Shown in pieces: positions 10,228 through 20,099 of a DNA stretch of 64,000 nucleotides (within the stretch, counting starts at the first letter, position 1; each line of letters begins with the position of its first letter). The notes beneath the pieces were generated by a model that ran no database searches, was not told where the DNA came from, and was given only the letters and a program-made list of their open reading frames with translations. The translations under genes were made by a program, and so were the position numbers. This stretch comes from Thermoprotei archaeon (lineage in GTDB: Archaea > Thermoproteota > Thermoprotei > Thermoproteales > B15-G16): contig QMRC01000009.1 in the NCBI GenBank assembly GCA_003649205.1, positions 1-64,000 of the forward strand, given 5' to 3'.

Positions 10228-10261
10228 TAACTCACTAGGTTTACCCTCAAACACCACTCTA

Positions 10262-10468
10262 CTACTGACTAGTACGTAGATTATTAGCAAGCTCTAGTGT
10301 AACTTCACATTCTGTTCTAAGGGACCATACTATCCTGAGTAAATCACGTAGCTTCCTTATGCTACTAAGTACCTCTTTAGCTATCTTCGGTGCTGATTGT
10401 GATGCATGTTCATCTAGTAGCAGAAGCTTCGTTTTCCTCAATATAGGCATAGCCAGGGCTAATATCAA
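10262..10468 (-). pseudogene. Remnant of branched-chain amino acid ABC ATPase (LivF-like)
   Basis: LALAMPILRKTKLLLLDEHASQSAPKIAKEV: degraded Walker B and LAP motif; no Walker A. Confidence 0.65.
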
Positions 10469-10790
10469 GACTAAGGTCTTGGTGATTAGCGATGCTGTAT
10501 CAACTGCAGCTAGTACATTTCATGCACTATGTATTGGTGTTGTGCGTGTTGTTACTTACGAGAATACCACCTGGAGTTTCTATCCGTGGCTAATGATAAT
10601 TCTTTGTGGAATAGCAAGTGACATTGGATGTACTCTAGGAACATTACTCAATATCCCGACTAGGAAGCTAGTTGTGCTACCCAAGTGTGAAATAGCGAGA
10701 CTAGTCCCTTAATCCTGGTGTAACCTGGTACATACTCTTCAGTACTGTACTCATACTCGTGTTCATGTTTAGACCACAGGACCTAACACC
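10469..10790 (+). pseudogene. Remnant of branched-chain amino acid ABC permease (LivM-like)
   Basis: KTKVLVISDAV...FYPWLMIILCG and, after a stop, LILVFMFRPQDL (RPxGL-like motif). Confidence 0.6.
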
Positions 10791-10820
10791 GGAACGGGTT
10801 AGGCCACTTGCATCACTAAG

Positions 10821-10874
10821 TTTCAGCCCAAGCCGATTTCGTCATTGATCTGACCATCAGGTTGCTCATCACCA
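10821..10874 (-). ncRNA. C/D box sRNA, both guides likely target the 16S rRNA 5' domain
   Basis: Minus strand: GTGATGA-GCAACCTGATGGT-CAGA-TCA-ATGACGA-AATCGGCTTGGG-CTGA; complements CCATCAGGTTG and CCAAGCCGAT. Confidence 0.82.
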
Positions 10875-10904
10875 GAGCTAACTAATGTAGGTACCGAATA
10901 TACC

Positions 10905-12170
10905 CTACTCTCCATTCTTCTTGAGTCTCCTCAAGTACCTTTCCTCTTCTACGTCAGTTATGCACCCTCTCTCAAGAGTTGGTACTGTCAGCCCTATTCT
11001 CGGTGGACAACCAGGTATGAATAGACCCAACTCCCTATACCTCGCAGTGCAATTACCGAAGAGAATTAACTGCTTACCAGCAACTCTGGGTATTTCACTC
11101 TCCTCTATAGGACCAGCAATAATTATGTACTTCCTAAGTAGCTCTAGCTCCCCACTCTTCTCAAATATCTTCAAAACATTCATTATAGTACCGACACAGC
11201 CACTGCACGCTCTAGGCATGTAGATCTCAACGCACTTGAGGTACTTCTCTAGATCAACTTCAGGTCTCTTGAAACTCCTCCTAACCCTCTCAATAGGTTC
11301 CCCTAAGACCTCAATCTGCTCTAACTTAGGTGCTAATCCCCTCTCAATAGCTACTCTGAGAGGAGGTACATCCTCTACCCTAAACCCCATTACCTGTGCG
11401 GCCACCACATCAACAGCCAATGGGTCATCACCAGCCATCACAATACCCATCTCTACAGGATCACCATCAACAGGTCCAAGACCTTCCATAGCAATAACCC
11501 CATCCACAACATTGAGCTTCGGCTTAACAACGGTCACTAAGTCAACAAGAGCTTCGTAGAGACCTAGTCTATGTAGTTCCCTCTTACTAGCATCACTCAG
11601 CACACCCTTGATGTTCTTCATAGCGCATGTAATTAGGCAGGTACAGTGCGTCTTCAGCTTCGGTACGTTGATGAGGGTATCAGCCTCAAGTACAGGTTTA
11701 GCAACTTCAATTCTCTTCAACATCCTACCACTAGGTACTTCAACAATAACCTGTGGACACTTCTTTAGATTAAGTACTTCAGCACCCTCTTCTTCAGCAC
11801 CCTTCTTCATTCCCGTGACCTCAAACGCCTTCTCAGTATCAACACCAACAGGTGAGGACTCACCAATAATGACCCTAGACGCTCCAGCTCTCCAGCACAG
11901 CCTTATCACAGCACGTACAACATCTGGACTAGTGCAGACATGTGGTTCAGAAGTAACTCTCGTGAGATTCGGCTTAATGAGAACAGTATCTCCTTTCTTG
12001 ACGAACTTAGTGATACCACCGATCAACTCAATAGCTCTCTCAACAGCTAAATCTATAGAAACATCAACACGAGTAATGGATACTCTATAGCTCACAGAAA
12101 AACCCCTGAGGTAACTCATGATGGAGATCATTGAAAAAAGTTTGTTTCTTGCTAACCTAAACAAGAGCAT
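10905..12170 (-). CDS. DUF362-family Fe-S protein
   Basis: VLIKPNL, INVPKLKTH, KNIKG, MEGLGP, CSGC, GNCT, GCPP; true start probably near 12093. Confidence 0.85.
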   Translation of the reverse strand: MLLFRLARNKLFSMISIMSYLRGFSVSYRVSITRVDVSIDLAVERAIELIGGITKFVKKGDTVLIKPNLTRVTSEPHVCTSPDVVRAVIRLCWRAGASRVIIGESSPVGVDTEKAFEVTGMKKGAEEEGAEVLNLKKCPQVIVEVPSGRMLKRIEVAKPVLEADTLINVPKLKTHCTCLITCAMKNIKGVLSDASKRELHRLGLYEALVDLVTVVKPKLNVVDGVIAMEGLGPVDGDPVEMGIVMAGDDPLAVDVVAAQVMGFRVEDVPPLRVAIERGLAPKLEQIEVLGEPIERVRRSFKRPEVDLEKYLKCVEIYMPRACSGCVGTIMNVLKIFEKSGELELLRKYIIIAGPIEESEIPRVAGKQLILFGNCTARYRELGLFIPGCPPRIGLTVPTLERGCITDVEEERYLRRLKKNGE

Positions 12171-12238
12171 GGAGAACCTGAACCTTCGCTTACTACCTCA
12201 ATTCTGAACTAAAGCTTCATTCCCACTAGCTCACACTA

Positions 12239-12382
12239 GTGAAGGCTATCATTGATACATCTAAGCTAGCCACGGTCTTCTGAAGGATTGAAGTTAGGGG
12301 CTATGAGCTAGAGCTGCTTTAGGTAGGATTTAGAGCAGTTACCATGCTAATGATAGAGCCTTGCGTTAGTGACGAAGCTTAA
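12239..12382 (+). pseudogene. Possible PIN/VapC remnant
   Basis: Manual translation MKAIIDTSKLATVF*RIEVRGYELELL* resembles a PIN N-terminus with in-frame stops. Confidence 0.3.
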
Positions 12383-12447
12383 CCTAAGCAATCACTTAGA
12401 GAAACTGATATATTCGATATCTAATTGCCGATACCGGTGGTTTCCAC

Positions 12448-13488
12448 GTGAAGAAGCTCACACTGCTTATAGTGACAGCTGCCGTGCTGTGTTTAGTGGT
12501 AGCTTTGTACCTACTCTACTACATACCTTCACGTACTCAAGTTGTGAGATTGAAGGTCTTCTGTGCTGGTTCTCTGAAGGGAATTCTCGATGAATTTAGT
12601 GAAATCTTTGAGAAGAAGCACTCAAATGTTGTGGTTGAGATTGAGGCTAGTGGTAGTGTTGTTGCTGTGAGAAAGGTTACAGAGCTGGGTAAGTTAGCTG
12701 ATGTGGTTGCTGTTGCTGACTACACACTGATTCCAGAACTAATGATGCCTAAGTACGCTAGCTGGTACGTAGTGTTTGCTACTAATGAGATAGTGCTAAC
12801 CTACACCGATAAGAGTAAGTATGCTAACGAGATCTCGAGTAGTAACTGGCTTGAGATACTCTTGAGACCTGGTGTCAGATTTGGGTTCTCAAATCCAAAT
12901 GATGATCCCTGTGGCTACAGGGCCGTCATGGTGCTTACATTAGCCTCGAAGTACTACAGTGCTCCTCAGATACTTGACCTCCTTCAGGAGAAGACAAACC
13001 TTAGGATCGAGTACGTGAATGGTACATACCACATATACGTACCACCGAACTTCAAAAGCCTAGATCCAGATAGGATAGTTATCAGGGGCAAGAGCATTGA
13101 GCTAGTTGCATTGCTTCAAGCAGGTGTATTGGACTATGCATTTGAGTACAGGAGCGTTGCTATTCAGAAGGGCCTTAAGTACATTGAGTTACCTCCTGAA
13201 ATTAATTTAGGTTCACCTAAATTGAGAAGTAAGTACGGTAAAGTTATCGTTCACCTATTTGCTGGTAGCGAGAAGGAGAAGGTCATTATAGGTAAGCCCA
13301 TAATTTACGGAATTACTGTACCTCTAAACGCACCCCACAGGGAGTTAGCTCTGAAGTTTGTTGAGTTACTGATCAGTGATGTGGGTAGGGAAGTATTTGA
13401 GAGAAATGGTCAACCACCTTTAGTACCACCTCTTGGTTTTGGTGAGGTACCTGAGGACTTGAGGAGATTGGTCGTGATTGGGGGGTAG
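12448..13488 (+). CDS. wtpA: Tungstate/molybdate ABC substrate-binding protein
   Basis: AGSL, EASGSV, ADY, SNPNDDPCGYR, YAFEYRSVA. Confidence 0.92.
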   Translation: MKKLTLLIVTAAVLCLVVALYLLYYIPSRTQVVRLKVFCAGSLKGILDEFSEIFEKKHSNVVVEIEASGSVVAVRKVTELGKLADVVAVADYTLIPELMMPKYASWYVVFATNEIVLTYTDKSKYANEISSSNWLEILLRPGVRFGFSNPNDDPCGYRAVMVLTLASKYYSAPQILDLLQEKTNLRIEYVNGTYHIYVPPNFKSLDPDRIVIRGKSIELVALLQAGVLDYAFEYRSVAIQKGLKYIELPPEINLGSPKLRSKYGKVIVHLFAGSEKEKVIIGKPIIYGITVPLNAPHRELALKFVELLISDVGREVFERNGQPPLVPPLGFGEVPEDLRRLVVIGG

Positions 13489-13490
13489 CT

Positions 13491-14255
13491 ATGTCTCGAC
13501 TAGCTACTGTATTCTATGCTATTGGTGGGGTGCTCATATTCTTCTTACTAGCCCCACTCCTCATCTTCGTAGCTACCACAGATTTAAACTATGTACTTAA
13601 GTATGGTTTTGATGAAGAAGCCACCTCGGCTATGTACATAGGTATGTTAGCTGCAACAACTTCTACATTGATTCTCCTCATCCTTGGTACACCTCTAGCG
13701 TATGCACTTGCTAGGTATAGGTTTCCGGGCAAGGGTTTGATTGAAGCTGTGATAGATCTACCACTGGCAATACCTCATGGAGTTGTTGGCATCATGGTTC
13801 TCCTAGCGTATAGCTCTAGAGCACCTCTCGGTACTTTACTCGCTAACTTAGGTATGAGGATTGAGGATTCCTTCTGGGGTATTGTATTTGCTATGGTATT
13901 TGTCTCTGTACCTCTTGCTGTTGATACTATTAAGGAGGGCTTCGATATGGTTGATCCAGAGATTGAGTACGTAGCTAGAAGCTTAGGGGCTTCTGAGCTC
14001 ATGACCTTCATGAAGATCTCTCTACCCTTAGTTACTAAGCACATAATTACAGCAGCACTACTATCTTGGGCTCGTGCTATGAGTGAAGTTGGTGCTATAC
14101 TCGTAGTTGCTTACTTCCCTAAGTCAATAAATGTCTTAGTCATGGAGAGATTCTGGACTTACGGTCTTGAGGTAGCTAAGGCAACTGCTTTCCCACTACT
14201 AATCACCACACTAACTGCATTCACCGTAGTGAGAGTACTTGGGGGTAGAAAGTAA
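13491..14255 (+). CDS. wtpB: Tungstate/molybdate ABC permease
   Basis: DLPLAIPHGVVG, ARSLGAS, WARAMSEVGA. Confidence 0.9.
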   Translation: MSRLATVFYAIGGVLIFFLLAPLLIFVATTDLNYVLKYGFDEEATSAMYIGMLAATTSTLILLILGTPLAYALARYRFPGKGLIEAVIDLPLAIPHGVVGIMVLLAYSSRAPLGTLLANLGMRIEDSFWGIVFAMVFVSVPLAVDTIKEGFDMVDPEIEYVARSLGASELMTFMKISLPLVTKHIITAALLSWARAMSEVGAILVVAYFPKSINVLVMERFWTYGLEVAKATAFPLLITTLTAFTVVRVLGGRK

Positions 14256-15317
14256 TTGATTTTCCTCGAAGATGTGTGGGTTAATCTCAGGGATTTTGAG
14301 CTAAGAGGTATCACATTGAGTGTGAGTAAGGGTGAGTACTTTATCGTAATGGGTCCTTCAGGTGCTGGGAAGACAGTCTTACTTCAAACTATCTTAGGTA
14401 TTTACAAGCCGTGGAGAGGTAAGATTTTCATCGATGGTGTTGACGTGACTGATTACCCACCTGAGAAGAGAGGTCTTAGCTACGTGCCTCAGAACTATGG
14501 TCTTTTCCCACATATGACTGTTGAGGAGAATATAGCTTTCGGTCTCAAGGTAAGGGGCTACAGTAGACGTGAGGTTAAGAGGAGAGTACGTGAGATAGCT
14601 GATGTACTGGGTATCAGTCACCTACTACATAGAAATCCAAAGACCTTAAGTGGTGGTGAACAGCAGAGAGTTGCTCTAGCTAGAGCCCTAGTTGTTGAAC
14701 CTAAAGCTATACTCCTAGACGAACCCTTATCAGCTCTAGACTACAGAACTCGTGAAGAGGTAATTAAATTCCTTCAGAAACTTCACAGCTCACTGAAGTT
14801 TACAGCAATACACGTAACTCATGACATTGTTGAAGCACTTGAGCTAGGTACTCGGGTTGCACTAATGTTCAACGGTAAAGTAGTTTACTCTGGCCAACTA
14901 ACTGAAATCCTCTGTAATCCACACTACGTAGGACTACTCAGTAGTCAAGGACTGGTAAACTTCCTCGAAGGTAAAGTAGTTGGTTTCATTAATGGAGTTC
15001 TCTTAGTTGACCTGTGTGGAGTAGTAATTAAGGTTAAGTCAACTACCAAGATAGGTGCTGGATCTCGAGTTTTATTAGCAGTAAATTCAGGTGACTTAGA
15101 AATCCATAAGGACAGTACTGGTGCTGGTAACGTGCTGAGGTGTAGAGTTGAGAAGATGAAGTACCGACTAAGTTACTATGAAGTCCTCGTCAGGTATAAC
15201 GGCATCAAGCTGAAGGTATGTGCATCCACTCGTGAAGTTAAGAAACTCAATCTAAAACCTGGTGATAGTGTTTGGGTTAGGATTCCCGAAGATTGCGTCA
15301 AGGTCGTTTACTCTTAA
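14256..15317 (+). CDS. wtpC: Tungstate/molybdate ABC ATPase with TOBE domain
   Basis: GPSGAGKT, LSGGEQQR, LLDEP, HVTHD, C-terminal TOBE. Confidence 0.9.
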   Translation: MIFLEDVWVNLRDFELRGITLSVSKGEYFIVMGPSGAGKTVLLQTILGIYKPWRGKIFIDGVDVTDYPPEKRGLSYVPQNYGLFPHMTVEENIAFGLKVRGYSRREVKRRVREIADVLGISHLLHRNPKTLSGGEQQRVALARALVVEPKAILLDEPLSALDYRTREEVIKFLQKLHSSLKFTAIHVTHDIVEALELGTRVALMFNGKVVYSGQLTEILCNPHYVGLLSSQGLVNFLEGKVVGFINGVLLVDLCGVVIKVKSTTKIGAGSRVLLAVNSGDLEIHKDSTGAGNVLRCRVEKMKYRLSYYEVLVRYNGIKLKVCASTREVKKLNLKPGDSVWVRIPEDCVKVVYS

Positions 15318-15408
15318 TCAACAATGTTGAGTAAGGTTCTATCTCCTTTCCATTGGGTAGGCTGTAGATTGGTAACATGTACTACACTCACTTAAGTGTA
15401 AAAACTTA

Positions 15409-15434
15409 AAATTATGACAGTAAATTATGACAGT
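15409..15434. repeat. Perfect 13-bp tandem repeat AAATTATGACAGT x2
   Basis: Seen directly; overlaps the TATA-like TTAAAATT upstream of the transporter. Confidence 0.8.
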
Positions 15435-16799
15435 CCCTTGTGCTTGCAAGAGGATGAGAAGGTGATTAGCGAGTTAGTTGGTAAAGTTGTGGTTGGATCA
15501 GCTTACTTAGGTCTAGTCATCGCTATAGCATTTAATGCTGATAGGCTTAAGACAGCAGCCACGGCAGCTATAATCGTTACAGCATTAGCGCTCGCACTTG
15601 GGTTCATGGATCCAGTAAAGGCACTACCGTACGTAGATCTCGATGTTATTGGGCTTATAGTACTTGCATCAGCGCTCTCTTGGGCTATTGAAGATAGTGG
15701 ATTAGCTATGTGGATAGTAGCTAAGTCACTTAAGTTAACAGGTGGTTCAATTCGTCTAGTCGTGATAGTCATTGGTATGGTGAGCCTCCTCCTCAGTCTA
15801 TGGCTAGAGAACATTACTGTCGTCATAATAATGGCGCCAATAGTCTTTGCAGTCTCGAGAGCGCTTGGAGTGAACCCCATACCACTTCTAATAGTTTCAG
15901 CACTTGGCTCAAACCTAAGTGGATCAGCACTACTATGTGGGGATCCACAGGCAGCGATCGTAGCATCAGCATATGGTTTAACCTTCACTGACTTCATAAT
16001 ATATAACTGGAGACCATCAATGTTCTTCATAGTGATAGCTAGCTCGATAGCAGGTCTCCTACTCATGCCAACAATCATTAAGATAGCTGATAGGGAGTTC
16101 TACACAGGTGTAGGAGGTGAGGCTAGAGCATGTGTACAGGAACCTAGATTCAGTAACTACATGATGGCTACACTACTAGCTATGGCAGTTAAGGCTACAC
16201 TGCTAAGCTTAAGACGTGAACTTGGCTTCAACCTAACTACATGCGCAGCACTAGCGGTAATCCCACTACTGCTGATTTACTGGAGGAGGGTTGCTAGGAA
16301 TTTGAGGGAATTCTTCGAGAAGGTTGTTGATATTAAGTTAGTTGGATTCTACATAGCGATGTTCTACCTAGTCGGTTTCCTAGATGGTGTTGGACTTACT
16401 GGTGACATAGCTAAAGCCATAGAGCACCTTAGTGGCGGCAGTAGTCTCCTAGTGCCTCTAGTCCTTATTGGGATAGGCGCAGCATCATCATCGTTCATCG
16501 ATAACGTACCGCTTGTAGCAGCGTTTGTCCCTGTAGTGACGAAATTAAGTACAATGCTTGGTATAGACAAGGTGGTACTAGCTTGGGCAATGCTCCTCGG
16601 AGTAACCATTGGTGGAGGTGGGTCATTCATAGGCTGTATGGCAGCTTACGCAGCTGTTAGAATTGGTGAAAGAGAAACAGGTAGGAGAATTACCTTCGCT
16701 TACTACGCTAAGATGGCTATACCCTTCACAATAGTTGCACTACTAGCAGGAACAGCAACATACTACGCAACATACCTCAGCTACCTAACCAAGACTTGA
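15414..16799 (+). CDS. ArsB/NhaD (SLC13-like) ion transporter
   Basis: Multi-TM; LENITVV, GDPQ, FIDNVP motifs; start likely GTG 15462. Confidence 0.85.
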   Translation: MTVNYDSPLCLQEDEKVISELVGKVVVGSAYLGLVIAIAFNADRLKTAATAAIIVTALALALGFMDPVKALPYVDLDVIGLIVLASALSWAIEDSGLAMWIVAKSLKLTGGSIRLVVIVIGMVSLLLSLWLENITVVIIMAPIVFAVSRALGVNPIPLLIVSALGSNLSGSALLCGDPQAAIVASAYGLTFTDFIIYNWRPSMFFIVIASSIAGLLLMPTIIKIADREFYTGVGGEARACVQEPRFSNYMMATLLAMAVKATLLSLRRELGFNLTTCAALAVIPLLLIYWRRVARNLREFFEKVVDIKLVGFYIAMFYLVGFLDGVGLTGDIAKAIEHLSGGSSLLVPLVLIGIGAASSSFIDNVPLVAAFVPVVTKLSTMLGIDKVVLAWAMLLGVTIGGGGSFIGCMAAYAAVRIGERETGRRITFAYYAKMAIPFTIVALLAGTATYYATYLSYLTKT

Positions 16800-16810
16800 G
16801 GTGAATACAG

Positions 16811-17140
16811 CTGCATGGAGTAGAGCTACTACTAGGCATAGCTCTAGGATTTGTACTTCACGAACTATTGCATTTAGTCATGGCACTAGCACTTGGTACG
16901 AAACCATGTCTCAGGTTCATTGAGCACAGGTTCGTACGAAGGAAAGTAGTATCCATAACCGTAGTACCCACAACAGAGAACAAGTTAGCCAGAGCACTAA
17001 TAGCGCTTTCACCTCATACTTTAACACCAATACTAGCAGTACACTATATAGCAACAGGTAATGTACTACCGTTGATAATTATGGTCGTGAACCTTATAGC
17101 GCTCCCTCAAGACGTAGCATTTGCACTAAGACACAAGTGA
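16811..17140 (+). CDS. Small membrane HEXXH metalloprotease-like protein
   Basis: Frame open from 16805 and contains GFVLHELLH; no ATG/GTG/TTG upstream of the motif; GAGGTGA at 16798 points to CTG 16811. Confidence 0.55.
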   Translation: MHGVELLLGIALGFVLHELLHLVMALALGTKPCLRFIEHRFVRRKVVSITVVPTTENKLARALIALSPHTLTPILAVHYIATGNVLPLIIMVVNLIALPQDVAFALRHK

Positions 17141-17250
17141 TCATGAGCAGAAACCAGCGGATAATGAAGTTGATAATCAGATTTTTCACACTTTAATTAA
17201 TGAGCCCACCTATTCCTTTGTAGGATCTAGCATGAAACCGTGTTCACGAG

Positions 17251-18048
17251 GTGTTGTCATTGTCTACATGGAAGCTCCATAGGTTTATAGGTGAGAAGCT
17301 CCTGGGGTACTCAAATCCTGAAATTGACAAACTGGTAGATTGTGTTACCTTACATGACGTAACTAGATACAATATTGAAGCTCTCGTAAAGGTTGTAGAA
17401 GGTATTGTGTACCCAAGATATGGAGAAATTGGTCTGAAGTACTTCACCCTACATCACTTTCTGGATAGGATAATCGAAATTGAAGTCAAGAAGTACAAAG
17501 ACTACCTCATCTTAAGCTACTACGCTTCTCACATATCAAACTTACCCTTCTCCTTCACTACCTATACTCCTCCCATCTACAGCAGGCCAGAGTACTCTGC
17601 TTGCGGGCTGGTAGAAGATATTATGCTTCGAATTGGTAGGGACCCATGCAACGTATTAACTCTCTTTGTTGCCCGCCCTGAGGAAATTAAGCACATAATC
17701 TACCTTGATTACAGAGGAAGGGTACGTAAGATGAAGCTAACTCGACTAAAGGAAGCTATTGAAAAGCTAAAGCAGCTAGGGTGTTCTCATGGAGATACGG
17801 TCGTGCTGTTAAGAAGAATTATTCGTGAGGTTTTAAGCCTAGTCTGTGGACATATCGTGGCCCTTACGTATCTGACTTTAGTTGACAAGTCGTTCAATGC
17901 GAAGATTCAGAGTAGCTTCATCAAGCACTATCAGCAATACACGCAATATCATGAGCACTTTCGTAGCTCACTACTTCAAGTGCTTTATGCTTTAGCTTCG
18001 TTGTCTGAGAGGGAGATTATGGATGAGTATTGTGGTAAGGATCAGTAG
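17251..18048 (+). CDS. Hypothetical protein with His/Asp motifs (possible metal-dependent hydrolase)
   Basis: WKLH...IDKLVD...LHD...LHHFLD. Confidence 0.6.
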   Translation: MLSLSTWKLHRFIGEKLLGYSNPEIDKLVDCVTLHDVTRYNIEALVKVVEGIVYPRYGEIGLKYFTLHHFLDRIIEIEVKKYKDYLILSYYASHISNLPFSFTTYTPPIYSRPEYSACGLVEDIMLRIGRDPCNVLTLFVARPEEIKHIIYLDYRGRVRKMKLTRLKEAIEKLKQLGCSHGDTVVLLRRIIREVLSLVCGHIVALTYLTLVDKSFNAKIQSSFIKHYQQYTQYHEHFRSSLLQVLYALASLSEREIMDEYCGKDQ

Positions 18049-18566
18049 CTCAGTCTCCTGGAGTACTCTTGAGTTTCACATAAGGACAAGTGAAACTTAC
18101 TGTCTGTAAATACCACGCTCTAGCCACTAAGAGGTAAACTTATCCCCCTTACACACAAGATTAGTAGTAACTTCCTTGAATTGCTTATTTCGAAGATATT
18201 TCTTGGATTAGCTATGGAGCTGAATGTGATTTCTTGGTCGTGCTCTAGTACACAGGAGATTGTCAAGTAGTCAATTGCTATAGCGCTAGTTATCTTGCTT
18301 CCTTTCTTAACTTCACCCTTAGAAATTGACGCAGTCCAAGTAGGGAGTAGTCTTCTACTGAAGTTCTTCACATACCTATGTTGGCTGGAGAATGGAACTG
18401 TGTTTTCACGACAGATTTCAAGTCCTAGGGATGACATTATCAGTACTCTCAGGATAGTAGCTTGCACATACGAAGGCCTTAGTGCTTCCATTAGCTCTTG
18501 CCTCGAATAGGGTATTCTGTTTGAGTTCTTCAGGCACTACATGCGTGTTAGGGAGGTGCTGTGGTT

Positions 18567-18635
<69 letters not shown>

Positions 18636-18723
18636 ACCGTGTCTGTATGCATGTGCAACGTAATGCATATATGCATGTGATTCAGGTTGGAATTCCTGTT
18701 GGAGTTACTGTTGGAGTTCAGGT

Positions 18724-19250
18724 ATGTGGGGTATTGTGGAGGTGTTGCATGTTATGGATCCTAGCTTAGTGAATATCTCCCTCATTCCTCAGGATGTTAG
18801 GAGGAGGTTGCTTGAGTACGTACTTGCTAAAGGTGTTAGACCTAGTGACCTAGGTTACGATAGGACCTACATCTACAGGGTGAGGAAGGGGTTGAGACCT
18901 GTTACCGATGAGTTGCTTAGAGCTGTACTCAAGTACTTGACAGTTGATGAGTATGTTGAGGTTGTTGGTGAGAAACCACCTGTAGAGGAGGCTACCGTCA
19001 ACGACATAATCAAGGTGATCTCTAAGGCACTTAGAGATCCAGAGTTCAGGAAGATCTTGATCACGTACCTAGAGCGTTACCTAGGTGACTACATTAGGGC
19101 TTGCTCAAGTACGTACACGGTCAGTGAGGAGGATATTGAGTACTTCGTGAAGGTACTTAGGAGTGAAGGTAGGTCGGAGAAGACAATTAGGGAACACCTT
19201 AGGTACCTACGTAGAGCACTCAGCGACTTAGACTTCACACTATCTCCAGA
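18724..19250 (+). pseudogene. Tyrosine integrase, N-terminal fragment
   Basis: HTH-like LGYDRTYIYRVRKG and core-binding-like RSEKTIREHLRYLRRAL; breaks at TCCAGA; start probably ATG 18754. Confidence 0.8.
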
Positions 19251-19483
19251 GCCTGTTGAAGATGGCTTTAACCTCCTCGAGGGTTAGTGGTCTGTAGTTT
19301 ACCTTCTCCTGCTCAGGTCTGTACATTCTGAAGCTCTCGTACAGTTGCTTACCTAGGTACGGCTCTCTAGGAGTGATGACTACCTTGATGAACTTCTTAA
19401 GCGCCTTAGTGATGTCCCTAATCACGTACGGACTCTCACCACTGTTAATGAGCCCAGCAACGTACTCCCTAATGTCTTCTGGA
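19245..19483 (-). pseudogene. Tyrosine integrase, middle fragment (inverted)
   Basis: PEDIREYV...TKALKKFIK...PLTLEEVKAIFNR joins the N-terminal fragment in frame after re-inversion. Confidence 0.82.
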
Positions 19484-20088
19484 TACACACGCCAGAGAGA
19501 GGAGTTATGTTACTCATGACCAGGCTATACAGCTACCAGGTAGTAATTACGTCGGTAACTGAGATCTTACTAGCAATATACCTACTTAGAGACCTTGGTA
19601 TTAGATTGAGCGACCTATATAGGGATGATGTGAGGAACGTAAGGTGTATTGGGTGGATTGCTCTGCTAGTACTCTTCTGTGAAGGTCTCTTCTTCTTGGA
19701 ATCACTGATCAGTGCTAACCTGTACTATAGTGGTGATGTAGGTAAATACTGGTCATGGTGGTATGACATGATTAAGCACGTACCTCTCTGGGCTAGGTAC
19801 TTCAACGCACTTGCCATACCATTCATATCAGGTGTATGTGAGGAAGTGATTTACAGAGCATATGGAGTAACAGCATTGGAGAAACTGGTAGGATTTAAGA
19901 AGGCAGTAATAATACAGGCAATAGCGTTCGGAGTTTTCCACGTATGGCCACTCCACATATTAATAACATTCACCATAGGACTAGTCTTTGGACTAGTGTA
20001 CGTTAGAAGAAGAAAACTAACAGTACTCACAGTAGCACACACCCTAGTTGACTTAATAGGCTTCTCAACCTTCATAGTACCTAGGTAA
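19478..20088 (+). pseudogene. CPBP/CAAX (Abi) intramembrane protease, 3' part
   Basis: EEVIYR, FGVFH, AHTLVD motifs; its 5' part lies at 28012-28114 on the minus strand. Confidence 0.85.
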
Positions 20089-20099
20089 GGAGTAGGGAG

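Noticed and set aside
17135-17195. C/D-like boxes
   Set aside because: Boxes degenerate and the second guide too short.
18120-18540. ORFs 18120-18491 and 18295-18510
   Set aside because: No recognisable motif; probably a degraded gene flanking the att site.
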